Source of the DNA: an uncultured Candidatus Bathyarchaeia archaeon
Lineage (GTDB): Archaea; Thermoproteota; Bathyarchaeia; 40CM-2-53-6; JALHTG01
Length of the DNA stretch: 59,078 nt
Direction of reading: 5' to 3'
NCBI GenBank assembly: GCA_964631575.1
Contig: CAZVYD010000003.1
Coordinates: 1 to 59,078, forward strand
Shown here piece by piece: positions 28,056-36,760 of this stretch. The notes under the pieces were generated by a model. The model was given only the letters and a program-made list of their open reading frames with translations. It made no database searches and was not told the origin of the DNA. Position numbers and translations under genes: made by a program. Within the stretch, counting starts at the first letter, position 1; each line of letters starts with the position of its first letter.

Positions 28056-31000
28056 CTAATCGAAAGGAACATTGTTGAGAGCACTCTTTATGATGAAGAT
28101 TTTCACATATGCGAACCGAGCTATCCCCTCATCCACGGTCAGGTGTGGCTCAGAGTATCTTCCAACTGGGTAAGTGCTTCTTGAAGTGTAGACTTGAACG
28201 CCATCCACAAATGTTTTGATTCTTCCATTGTGAACCATGAATCGTATGGTGTGCCACGTGCCATAAGTCACTCTCGGCTCGATGTTAACCGTCTGATATA
28301 CATACTCGGTTTTGTGCGCTACATGTCTGATGTCCACTCTTTGTCCCTCTGCGAATAGAACCATGCCTGATTCGAAGTTCACTGCCGGGCTGTCTCTCGT
28401 TAGAAGTTGCGCTTCAGCACTGCGGGCTCCTGTTCCTCGCACGATCATGACCTTTGTTTCTATGATGAAATCTGCTCCATGGTCAAACGGGAAGACATAG
28501 ACAGATTGGTCTTCCCTTCCGACGAACAAGTCTTGCCCTTCCAGTGTTCCGTCCACTATGGTCCAGTTCCCCCAGTACCAACCTCTTGGATAGAAACCGT
28601 CTTTGAAGTTCCAGTGCAAGACTTGAACCCATTCCAGGTCTTCAGCTATCGGTTTGCTGCTCTGTTCTAGGTATGTGTCCAATCGACCCATCTGCCCGTC
28701 TGATAGGTGGACTGGGCGCGTCTGTGCGGTGTGACCTTCGCCTTTCTGGCTCCATTCTGTTATCTTGAGCCGGTAGTCTCCGTGAGGAAGCCACATGGCG
28801 TATGTGCCGTCTAGTGTAGAATAATCGAAGATGCCAGACGACCCTTCCGCAGTAACAGTAACCCATGAGGTCGTTCTGTAGTCATCGCAGTAAGTGTAGC
28901 AGTAGACATTGCCGTAGAGTAGAGCAAGCTGATCCAGACATGTGATTACTGATGATTCTCCGCCAAGATTGACGCTTGGGACGAGTACTCTGTAACGATG
29001 TTCATAAGGCCCCAAATGGTTTTCACGAATCTGTCTCGGCGATTCGCCATACAGGATGCCCAGCATTGGCTGGAAGAAGTCCACTCTACCATCATGGTCT
29101 ACGTCGCCGTACCAAGGTACAATGTCGATCTCGATCGTCCACCCTCCCTTATAGTTGGGGTGTGCGTCAATCCCATACGGGGCAAGCATTGTTTCGTTGT
29201 AACCAAATCTGAAGTGAGGGTCAGGGTCGTAGACACTAGGCAGGCCGGCGACCGTCACATTGAACCATGATGTGCAAAATGGCATGTAGTTAAGGGTTTC
29301 TGCAGGAGTCCGAACAGGAGTCATGGGGTCTGAGGTCAACCATTCACCCACGAGCACACCGGCGTTGTTGAATACGCGGACGCGGACAGAGCTATTGGCT
29401 ACTAGGTGGTCGAACATACCTTCATGTCGAAACCTCACTGTGAGGCTTATGTTAGCTCCAATGACGACGTCCAACGCAAGGTCTACTGTCACGTTCTCCG
29501 CATTAGCACATACTGAGAAATCTCTCTTCTGCACATATCCATACGTCAAGACTCGGAACCTGTAGAGCCCCGTGCCAAATGATATAGGATATCGGCCCAC
29601 CTCGCCATCTGTTGTTCCTCCTTCTCGCCCGGAGTAGAGGCTTATCGATGCGAATGCTCTTGAGCTGTTCTGAGTCGTTTCCGTGTAGTCGAGTTGTTCA
29701 TTTGATTCGTTCATGATCACTACGTAGATCGGTTGAGCGTTCCAAACCCAACGTCTGGCAATTCTGGGCATCTGCCAGTCCTTGGAATAGACTGTGAGGT
29801 TGAACGAGACGCCTTTGTACATATGGTTGCTGATGTGTGTGATTGAGCCGCATAGCCCAATGGTAACTGTGTCAACCATCTGTGATATGTACCCAAACAC
29901 ATAGGTCTTGACAGTATATGTTCCCGCCTCCAGCCCATAGTTCCTCCCCCACCCATACGAATAGGTTTGGTTCACAAATCCGTGAAGGCTGATCGTGGTT
30001 GAAGTTGACCCTGCTGGGACCAGCTTGATCTTCCATGCTGCTGTCTCGCCTGTCTTGTCGATTGCTTCCGAGTACAAGTATCTACCAGTCATTATTCCGG
30101 TGTCAACTTTGATTCCAGGCCTATCATGGAAGTGGACTGTCTTCTGAATAATCGAGCTGAGCCTCAGATCGAACGGTATCCGCGCATCTCCAGGCCATTT
30201 GGGTGACGGAACGGTGAAGGATGCATGCTCGAATGTTGTGCCATCAGCCTTGACCTGTACATATCCGTACGTGAAAGCCTTCATGTAGTATGTGCCAGGG
30301 CTTAGGCCATTGACCCATGTCGCGTTGCATTGTGGAACGTGTCCATCAAAGTCAGACGGGGCTCCGTATTTTCCTGATTCGCCGAATTGAAACCTGAAGG
30401 ATGTTGAGGCACTTGAGACAACCCAAGTCTGACGTGGGCCGACCCCATCATAGTCAACGCCAATCTCTCCCCAAGGATAGTCGCCAGCAGTCAGTCCTCG
30501 CCATGGGAATTGCTTAGCACTAGGCCCGTAAGGTGACCATGTGACCGCCAATGTCTGCATTGAACGATCGCAGGCCTCCGCTGCCGCAGCTGTCCTGTAG
30601 ATCTCAATCTTGATTGGGAAACGGTCATAATACCAGTTTATTTCTCCTGTACCGCACCTTGAGAAGACTTCTCCTCGGATCTCGACACCCGGTGCGAGGT
30701 GCCCATCGATCTGAAGAGATTGCCCTCGCTTGACTCTGACGCCGGCTGCAATCCTTTGTTCAGGATATCCTGCCGCAGATGCATAGATGTCGTAGACCCC
30801 AGGTGCCACTCCCTCGATTTCGAAGTGGCCTTCAGCAGTATGGTTGAAGTATCCTCGGGCTTCGACACGCCGGCCAGTTGACTTACCTGTATGCGGATCT
30901 TCAGCAACGCCAATGGCTCGCACCCTTCCCGGTAATCTGATCGGAAGCCCGTAGAGAGACGTATTCCATCCTCCGAATCGAATCGTGCCCCATAATATGG

Positions 31001-31805
31001 CGGGGTCGACTTCTCCCTTGACAAGAAGGACCGGCCAGTTCTCAGTCGGAATCATACTTCTGGAAGCGATGAGTATGTCAGATGAGTTGCTGAGAGAGAT
31101 CTTGAAGAAGTATCTGCCAGCTATCATCGGCGCGGTAACATCGTTTATTCGAACATAGTACCATCTGTCGGCCCCATATGGCGTGAAAGTTATTAGATGG
31201 CCATTGTCCGCGACAATTTCAACAAGAGTCCACTCCGGAGCGATCGGGTCCTCTTTGCCACAAACCGTTGCGTTCATGCTGTAATAGATGTTGGTGATGG
31301 TGGTAACAATTCTTGACTTGTTTATATTGGTGAACTCCGGTGGAATCCAGATCCGAAGCCAAGAGTATGCCTGTTTGCTTGTGGGTCGACTGTAATTGAT
31401 CGCAAAGAGGAGATCACCTCTACTATGATGGTCCTCCGTTGAAGTCAGGATTGCACCAAAGGGTGAGTAAGCGTTTCCCTGAAGCTGAGTCCAATCCGGT
31501 TTCGGTCTCATGTATTGAGGATAGTGTGGCCACGGGTGTTGGTAGCCCGGAGCTTCCGGCTGACTGAGAGTTCCTCGGCCAATAAGCCCACCCCCAGGCC
31601 ACACATAACCCAATGGTCCTGAAACATGCGGGTCATAGTTATTGAGCGAATAAGGATGGGTCGAAACATTTCGACCCAAGGTGAAGTGTGACGCCACCGA
31701 CGATATAGAGGTGGACATGACGAGCAGCATGAGCGTCACGGCCAACTGATTCCGGAACACGGAGAAGGCGCTCATCAGATCTCGCACCACCGATATTGCA
31801 AACAA
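28056..31805 (-). CDS. very large secreted surface glycoprotein (carboxypeptidase-regulatory-like beta-sandwich repeats plus a C-terminal LamG/DUF1080-like domain)
   Basis: Signal peptide; GHFEIEGVAPGVYDIYASAAGY; repeated GxYxxKxxxxGY; many NxS/T sequons; C-terminal WHTIRFMV.NG.I..FVDG. Confidence 0.8.
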   Translation of the reverse strand: MFAISVVRDLMSAFSVFRNQLAVTLMLLVMSTSISSVASHFTLGRNVSTHPYSLNNYDPHVSGPLGYVWPGGGLIGRGTLSQPEAPGYQHPWPHYPQYMRPKPDWTQLQGNAYSPFGAILTSTEDHHSRGDLLFAINYSRPTSKQAYSWLRIWIPPEFTNINKSRIVTTITNIYYSMNATVCGKEDPIAPEWTLVEIVADNGHLITFTPYGADRWYYVRINDVTAPMIAGRYFFKISLSNSSDILIASRSMIPTENWPVLLVKGEVDPAILWGTIRFGGWNTSLYGLPIRLPGRVRAIGVAEDPHTGKSTGRRVEARGYFNHTAEGHFEIEGVAPGVYDIYASAAGYPEQRIAAGVRVKRGQSLQIDGHLAPGVEIRGEVFSRCGTGEINWYYDRFPIKIEIYRTAAAAEACDRSMQTLAVTWSPYGPSAKQFPWRGLTAGDYPWGEIGVDYDGVGPRQTWVVSSASTSFRFQFGESGKYGAPSDFDGHVPQCNATWVNGLSPGTYYMKAFTYGYVQVKADGTTFEHASFTVPSPKWPGDARIPFDLRLSSIIQKTVHFHDRPGIKVDTGIMTGRYLYSEAIDKTGETAAWKIKLVPAGSTSTTISLHGFVNQTYSYGWGRNYGLEAGTYTVKTYVFGYISQMVDTVTIGLCGSITHISNHMYKGVSFNLTVYSKDWQMPRIARRWVWNAQPIYVVIMNESNEQLDYTETTQNSSRAFASISLYSGREGGTTDGEVGRYPISFGTGLYRFRVLTYGYVQKRDFSVCANAENVTVDLALDVVIGANISLTVRFRHEGMFDHLVANSSVRVRVFNNAGVLVGEWLTSDPMTPVRTPAETLNYMPFCTSWFNVTVAGLPSVYDPDPHFRFGYNETMLAPYGIDAHPNYKGGWTIEIDIVPWYGDVDHDGRVDFFQPMLGILYGESPRQIRENHLGPYEHRYRVLVPSVNLGGESSVITCLDQLALLYGNVYCYTYCDDYRTTSWVTVTAEGSSGIFDYSTLDGTYAMWLPHGDYRLKITEWSQKGEGHTAQTRPVHLSDGQMGRLDTYLEQSSKPIAEDLEWVQVLHWNFKDGFYPRGWYWGNWTIVDGTLEGQDLFVGREDQSVYVFPFDHGADFIIETKVMIVRGTGARSAEAQLLTRDSPAVNFESGMVLFAEGQRVDIRHVAHKTEYVYQTVNIEPRVTYGTWHTIRFMVHNGRIKTFVDGVQVYTSRSTYPVGRYSEPHLTVDEGIARFAYVKIFIIKSALNNVPFD

Positions 31806-32039
31806 AGATCTATCGAAGCCCTCCGACCACCCGCGACTCTTGGGATTTCAAGGCTACAGCCACGGGGTCCGGCCATTCGTCGACGTAGATTCGAGATCAT
31901 CTGAGCAATCAACTCATCAGGATCAGAGCTATCATGGTGCTAATGTTTCACAAGAGTGTTCTCAAGATTGTCATTTCTTGAAGTTTACTAGTATGCGACG
32001 GCCTCTGCACCTTCAGTGTTCAACTCCATTGTGAACAAT

Positions 32040-32675
32040 TCAATCATGGTCATTCTCGCGGGGCGTGCCATAAGCAGTCCCCTTGTGCTCAGTCTTCTGC
32101 CATAGGGCTTTCTTATCGGAAGTTTCTTTCTGAACATGACACGCTTCGTACGTCAGCGGCGGTTCCTTTCTCCGCTCTTTGAGCTTCGGTGCCGGCTGGT
32201 TCAACCTAGATGTGAGTTCGTCGTCTAGTCTATCAACAGTCGTGATCTTCTCAGCTTCGAGCTTTGCTCCACTCGTGAACTCTTGTTCGACGTAGATCTC
32301 TGATTCACAGACGACGCCGCCCCCTTTTTCCCCTAGTCCCACTCGGACTCCTTTCCCAATGAGAAGAATTCCCAGGCAATAGACAGCCTCCTCAATCGTT
32401 GTTTGGCCACCTATCATCATATTGCCTTCACAGTGCACGGATCCTCTCACAAAGTTCACTTCTCCCAGGCGCGTGTTTCCCTCGACGTGAAGGCCTCCTA
32501 GGAAGTTGACGTTCCTACCTGTTGTCAGGTCGCCGAAAACTATCAGGTTAGATTCAACGCACTCATCGTTCGGGATCTTGATGTTGCCAGAGACTCGTAG
32601 AGTCTCACCTCCTATATCGCGGGATCCCTTCAGATACTCTGCCTCGTCTTGGGTACGCTTCTTCGTTTCATCCAA
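32040..32675 (-). CDS. bactofilin-like (polymer-forming) beta-helix protein, soluble
   Basis: Repeats VSGNI, VFGDL, VEGNT, CEGNM with I/V-G spacing; GAGGTG before the TTG start. Confidence 0.72.
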   Translation of the reverse strand: MDETKKRTQDEAEYLKGSRDIGGETLRVSGNIKIPNDECVESNLIVFGDLTTGRNVNFLGGLHVEGNTRLGEVNFVRGSVHCEGNMMIGGQTTIEEAVYCLGILLIGKGVRVGLGEKGGGVVCESEIYVEQEFTSGAKLEAEKITTVDRLDDELTSRLNQPAPKLKERRKEPPLTYEACHVQKETSDKKALWQKTEHKGTAYGTPRENDHD

Positions 32676-32687
32676 ACAGAGACACCT

Positions 32688-33335
32688 CTAATCACCAGAT
32701 TTCGTTACGACAATCACTCGGCCGTTCAGCTTCTTGACTTCGCAAGAACCCTCAAGAGTGATCTTTCCGCCAGAGCCGACGAGTCCTCTGACAATGCAGC
32801 CTTTCCCAATCCTAACATCGCCATCTGAATCGGCAAAGCCGAATATCTCAGATTCTTCTCCTATGGTCATGTCACTTCCGGATGCTATTGAGTTTAGCCT
32901 ATTGCTTCGGCCGATTTGGCATTGTCCTCTGACATAGACCCGTTCCATGAAACTGCAATCATGTTCACTGACGAGATTGCCCTGCACTATTATTGCCGAT
33001 TCAATCGAGGTCCCCGCAGGAATCGTCAAATCTTGATCTATCCTTAATACGTTGAAGCTGCCTTTATCGCCTTTGAACTCTCTCTGATATGTAACGCCTC
33101 CGCTAATCCACTGTGGCATGTTTGCTGAAGGTGCGGGAGTCCATCCCTGATTCTTTGCAAGTGATTCACTGCTCATTCTGAAGTGAATTGCTTCTGAACG
33201 GGGTTCAACTGTCTTGGAAAGATCGATGTGCAAGGGCCCCGGATCTCTAGGCAACCTATATTCCAAGTAGCCGGGAATGAATGAGAGGAAGAACATCATT
33301 GCGAAGACTCCGAGAAGCACCAAGTATTCCATCAT
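32688..33335 (-). CDS. bactofilin-like beta-helix protein with an N-terminal TM helix
   Basis: N-terminal TM followed by FIPGYLEY..PRDPGPL.I; repeats VQGNL, VRGQC.IG, SGSDM.IG, SDGDV.IG. Confidence 0.72.
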   Translation of the reverse strand: MMEYLVLLGVFAMMFFLSFIPGYLEYRLPRDPGPLHIDLSKTVEPRSEAIHFRMSSESLAKNQGWTPAPSANMPQWISGGVTYQREFKGDKGSFNVLRIDQDLTIPAGTSIESAIIVQGNLVSEHDCSFMERVYVRGQCQIGRSNRLNSIASGSDMTIGEESEIFGFADSDGDVRIGKGCIVRGLVGSGGKITLEGSCEVKKLNGRVIVVTKSGD

Positions 33336-34609
33336 GGTGATCTTCTCCTCAAGTTGCTCTCCTGAGATATCGCAGTTCCTTTACGCTTCTTTCGTCGAGT
33401 GGTCAGATGAGCTGAGAGTGAGTCGATAAACGAACGCGATCCAATAAGAACATAGTAAAGTACAATCGGAAGCATGAGAGGCAGCAGCCAAACTGAACGG
33501 TTTCGTCTATCCAAGAGGCTGGCTGAGCCGATCTCTGAGAAAAGGGCCAAGTTACCGACTACATTGTACGCTAGGGTCAGGAAGAGCGCGAACAAGAGTG
33601 GGCTCCAAAATGGGGGTTGAAACAAGTAGCTGTAGATGCCCAGAATCCAACCTGCCAATTGCACGAACGGCATAAAGTACACGCCCAAGAGCATGATTCC
33701 ATCCGTCTTACTCCAAGAGGTAAGAAATGGAGATTTCAAAGTTCTCAGCCAATGATCAAACAAGCAATAGTTGTGCCCTATCCCCCATCTCCTTATTTGC
33801 ACTCCTCTTCGATGGATCTGTGAGACAACTTCTTCATAGCATTCTGCCCCGTTCACGTAGCATATCTTCCAACCGGACAGAAATGCTCTGTAAGTAATGT
33901 CCGTGTCTTCTGCTAGATGATACGCATCGAATCCATTTTGGCTGGTGAGGAAGGATCTTCGAAATCCTCCAACTGTGCCTCCGTACTGGGGTACTAAGCC
34001 AAGGTTGTGGCGTGCTTGCTGATCGACTTGATAACCGGCCGCTCTCTCGAGTTCCAGGACTCGGCAGACTAATGCTTCTGGAGTGTTTACCGGAACTACT
34101 CGGCCCATGACTCCTGCAACTAGCGGATCGGTGAACGGTGCTACCAGTTTCTTTACGCAGTCTCTGGGTGGAATGTAATCTGCGTCAAAGAACAAGACTA
34201 TCTCGTTATTCGCGAAAGTGAGTCCTGAGTTCAGGGCTGCAGGTTTACTCAGTATGGGGGAACTGGATCTGTGAACAGCCTTTACGAACGGATATTTCCT
34301 CGCATATTCATCAGCTATTTCTGATGTTTTGTCAACGGAGTTATCGTCTACGGCTATGACCTCGTACCTGCCATTGTCCTTAGGATAGTCCATGTTCACC
34401 AAAGAATCCAAGAGCCTAGGCGCCACATTTTCTTCATTCTTCATGGGACAGACGATTGAGACAGAAGGTGCATAGGCTCCAACAAAGCTCTGAGATGCCT
34501 TCTCCTGCACTCCAAATGTCCTGTCCCAGTAGAAGCGATAATGCCTAACCGTATACGCAGAGACCACAGCCACTATCACGAGAATAGCTATGTCTACTAA
34601 CAACGACAT
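33332..34609 (-). CDS. processive GT2 polysaccharide synthase (cellulose/PNAG synthase-like)
   Basis: DDNSVD, KPAALN, FFDAD, AEDTD and QIRRW (D,D,D,QxxRW); one N-terminal and about three C-terminal TM helices. Confidence 0.9.
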   Translation of the reverse strand: MSLLVDIAILVIVAVVSAYTVRHYRFYWDRTFGVQEKASQSFVGAYAPSVSIVCPMKNEENVAPRLLDSLVNMDYPKDNGRYEVIAVDDNSVDKTSEIADEYARKYPFVKAVHRSSSPILSKPAALNSGLTFANNEIVLFFDADYIPPRDCVKKLVAPFTDPLVAGVMGRVVPVNTPEALVCRVLELERAAGYQVDQQARHNLGLVPQYGGTVGGFRRSFLTSQNGFDAYHLAEDTDITYRAFLSGWKICYVNGAECYEEVVSQIHRRGVQIRRWGIGHNYCLFDHWLRTLKSPFLTSWSKTDGIMLLGVYFMPFVQLAGWILGIYSYLFQPPFWSPLLFALFLTLAYNVVGNLALFSEIGSASLLDRRNRSVWLLPLMLPIVLYYVLIGSRSFIDSLSAHLTTRRKKRKGTAISQESNLRRRSP

Positions 34610-34610
34610 G

Positions 34611-35354
34611 TCAGATGGGCCTCCTCCAAGTGGCTAGTCGGTATATGACGAGTGAGTAGAATAGAAGCACGTAGATGAAATCCACGAAGGCCCCGGGGAG
34701 ATATTCAAGGAACATGAATGAGAACGTTCCAAAGTAGAACAAGGACGCCAATGCAAGAGAGAATCGTATTATGCTCCATCCAACTGAAAAAAGAAGACAT
34801 CCAAGCACGCCAGCAAGCTTTGTTGAAAGGGATCCCGGTATAGGGAAAATGGCCACATTGAAAACCAGTGCGATCAGAGGCATGATTACTATGCCTGAGG
34901 TCAACCAGTCTACTTGGAGTGGTGAGGGCTGCTCAGGATGCAACACTTCATAGGCTATGTTAATGAGAACCAGTGTCAGGAAAAAGACTGTAACGATCTT
35001 GATCGGAGGGTTGAAGCGGGGAATAATGGCCACCACTAGCATGGCCAACAGGACTGCTGCAACGACTGCTAGGATCAAGCCCCGGGGAAGATTCATCTTG
35101 TCAATAAGAAATGCCGGGGGGATCGCTCCCAAGAACCCTGCGCCATATCCGCTTCTGGAAAGAAGCACTGAGTGAGGAACTCCTGCAAAAACTAGGATAT
35201 CACTGACCAGAAAAGCTTGGAAGACCCAATATTCCTGTACATACGTCACCAGCCAGAGGAGGGTTGCAATCGTTATGCATGACCCCAAGATCAGATGATT
35301 TCTCTGAGATTCAAGGCTCCACGAGCTGTGACTGGGCGAATTCGGCACTTCCAT
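34611..35354 (-). CDS. polytopic membrane protein resembling exosortase/archaeosortase but lacking the catalytic Cys
   Basis: About 7-8 TM helices; VDWLTSG...FPIPGSLSTKLAG...WSIIR parallels the exosortase pattern xxxxCSG...FP....KL.G...NxxR. Confidence 0.5.
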   Translation of the reverse strand: MEVPNSPSHSSWSLESQRNHLILGSCITIATLLWLVTYVQEYWVFQAFLVSDILVFAGVPHSVLLSRSGYGAGFLGAIPPAFLIDKMNLPRGLILAVVAAVLLAMLVVAIIPRFNPPIKIVTVFFLTLVLINIAYEVLHPEQPSPLQVDWLTSGIVIMPLIALVFNVAIFPIPGSLSTKLAGVLGCLLFSVGWSIIRFSLALASLFYFGTFSFMFLEYLPGAFVDFIYVLLFYSLVIYRLATWRRPI

Positions 35355-35383
35355 TGTCGTTTTTCAACCTACCATACTGGAGT

Positions 35384-36541
35384 TCAGGGGCATGTCATCA
35401 AAGGAGCCGTGGAGGATTCTACACAAGTTTTGGTCAGACTCTTCCTCTCAACTGCTTTCTCTAAACCTTCGGCGATTCTTTCACCGGCATGCCCATCCCC
35501 GAATGGGTTGGGAGCAGTCCTCATACGGTTAGCAAAGTCCTCATCACCTAGGATCCTCCTCGTGAACCGAACTATCTTATCAGGGTCAGTTCCCACTAGG
35601 AAGTTCGCTCCGACATCTATGGTCTCAGGTCTCTCTGTGTTCAGCCTCATCGTAAGACATGGTACGTGCAAAGTGATGGCTTCCTCCTGTATTCCGCCGG
35701 AATCTGTCAGTGCAAGCTTCGACACCTTAAGCACTCTGAGAAGATCCAAGTATGATAGGGGGTCGGTGAGAATTACGTGTCTGGCCTTGCGGAGTTTCCT
35801 CATGAAACCGAATTGGTGAAGTCTCTTCTTGGCTCTCGGATGAACAGGAAAAACGAACGTGCATTCAGACAACTGTGTCAGAGAGGAGACAATGCCTTGA
35901 AGGTTTTCCTTTGAATCTACGTTGGCTACCCTATGAGCCGTTACCAGAACCAAGTTCTGATCTTCATCCAGATCCAACCTTTTCAATATTCGCGACTTCT
36001 TTTCTGCAGCTTGAGAGAAACGCATGCAGGCATCAACCACCGTGTTACCGGTCATGAAGATTTGATGCTTCGATATTCCTTCCGAGCACAGATTCAAAAC
36101 TGACTTCCATGTTGGAGCAAACAGCAGGTTCGAAATGTGATCCACTACTATCCTGTTGATTTCCTCAGGCATTTCTCTGTCACAGCTGCGCAACCCTGCC
36201 TCTACGTGGCCGAAAGGAACCTTCAGCTTGCTCGCCGCAAGAGCTGCAGCTAAAGTGGTGTTGGTGTCTCCTTGGGCGATAACCACATTAGGTTTGAAGG
36301 TCTCTATCGCTCTCTCGCATCCAATCAGTGCCTTGCCCGTCTGCTCTCCGTGACTTCCTGATCCAACTCTCATTGTGACAGCAGGCTGTGGAAGGCTCAG
36401 CTCTTTCACAAATTCATCTGACATGTTGCCGTCGTAGTGCTGTCCACTCAGTACGAGAATAGCTCTGTGGCGACGTGAGGTTAGGGCCTCGAAGACTGGA
36501 GCGATCTTTATTAGCTCAGGTCTCGTCCCTGCGATAAGCAC
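35384..36541 (-). CDS. wecB: UDP-N-acetylglucosamine 2-epimerase (non-hydrolysing)
   Basis: GTRPELIK, QGDTNT, HVEAGLRS, MPEEINR, TDSGGIQEEA, TERPE and NPFGDG motifs. Confidence 0.95.
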   Translation of the reverse strand: MLIAGTRPELIKIAPVFEALTSRRHRAILVLSGQHYDGNMSDEFVKELSLPQPAVTMRVGSGSHGEQTGKALIGCERAIETFKPNVVIAQGDTNTTLAAALAASKLKVPFGHVEAGLRSCDREMPEEINRIVVDHISNLLFAPTWKSVLNLCSEGISKHQIFMTGNTVVDACMRFSQAAEKKSRILKRLDLDEDQNLVLVTAHRVANVDSKENLQGIVSSLTQLSECTFVFPVHPRAKKRLHQFGFMRKLRKARHVILTDPLSYLDLLRVLKVSKLALTDSGGIQEEAITLHVPCLTMRLNTERPETIDVGANFLVGTDPDKIVRFTRRILGDEDFANRMRTAPNPFGDGHAGERIAEGLEKAVERKSLTKTCVESSTAPLMTCP

Positions 36542-36760
36542 CGCTCTTATGGGTCGTGTCCTCCTTTGAAAGCCCGCCTGACCTGTTTCGGAAGCAATTC
36601 ATAGCGCTAACACGTCTGGTTGGACAGTCGATTGTGTCGTATCTCGACGCTAGTTGTTGGAAGGCGGATATAAGTCAATGGGTTAAGGGCGAGACCGGAT
36701 TCCTTACTGTTCTGTTATCATTTCTCTCGCAGTTCTCGATTGAAACCTGTGTTCCGGTTC

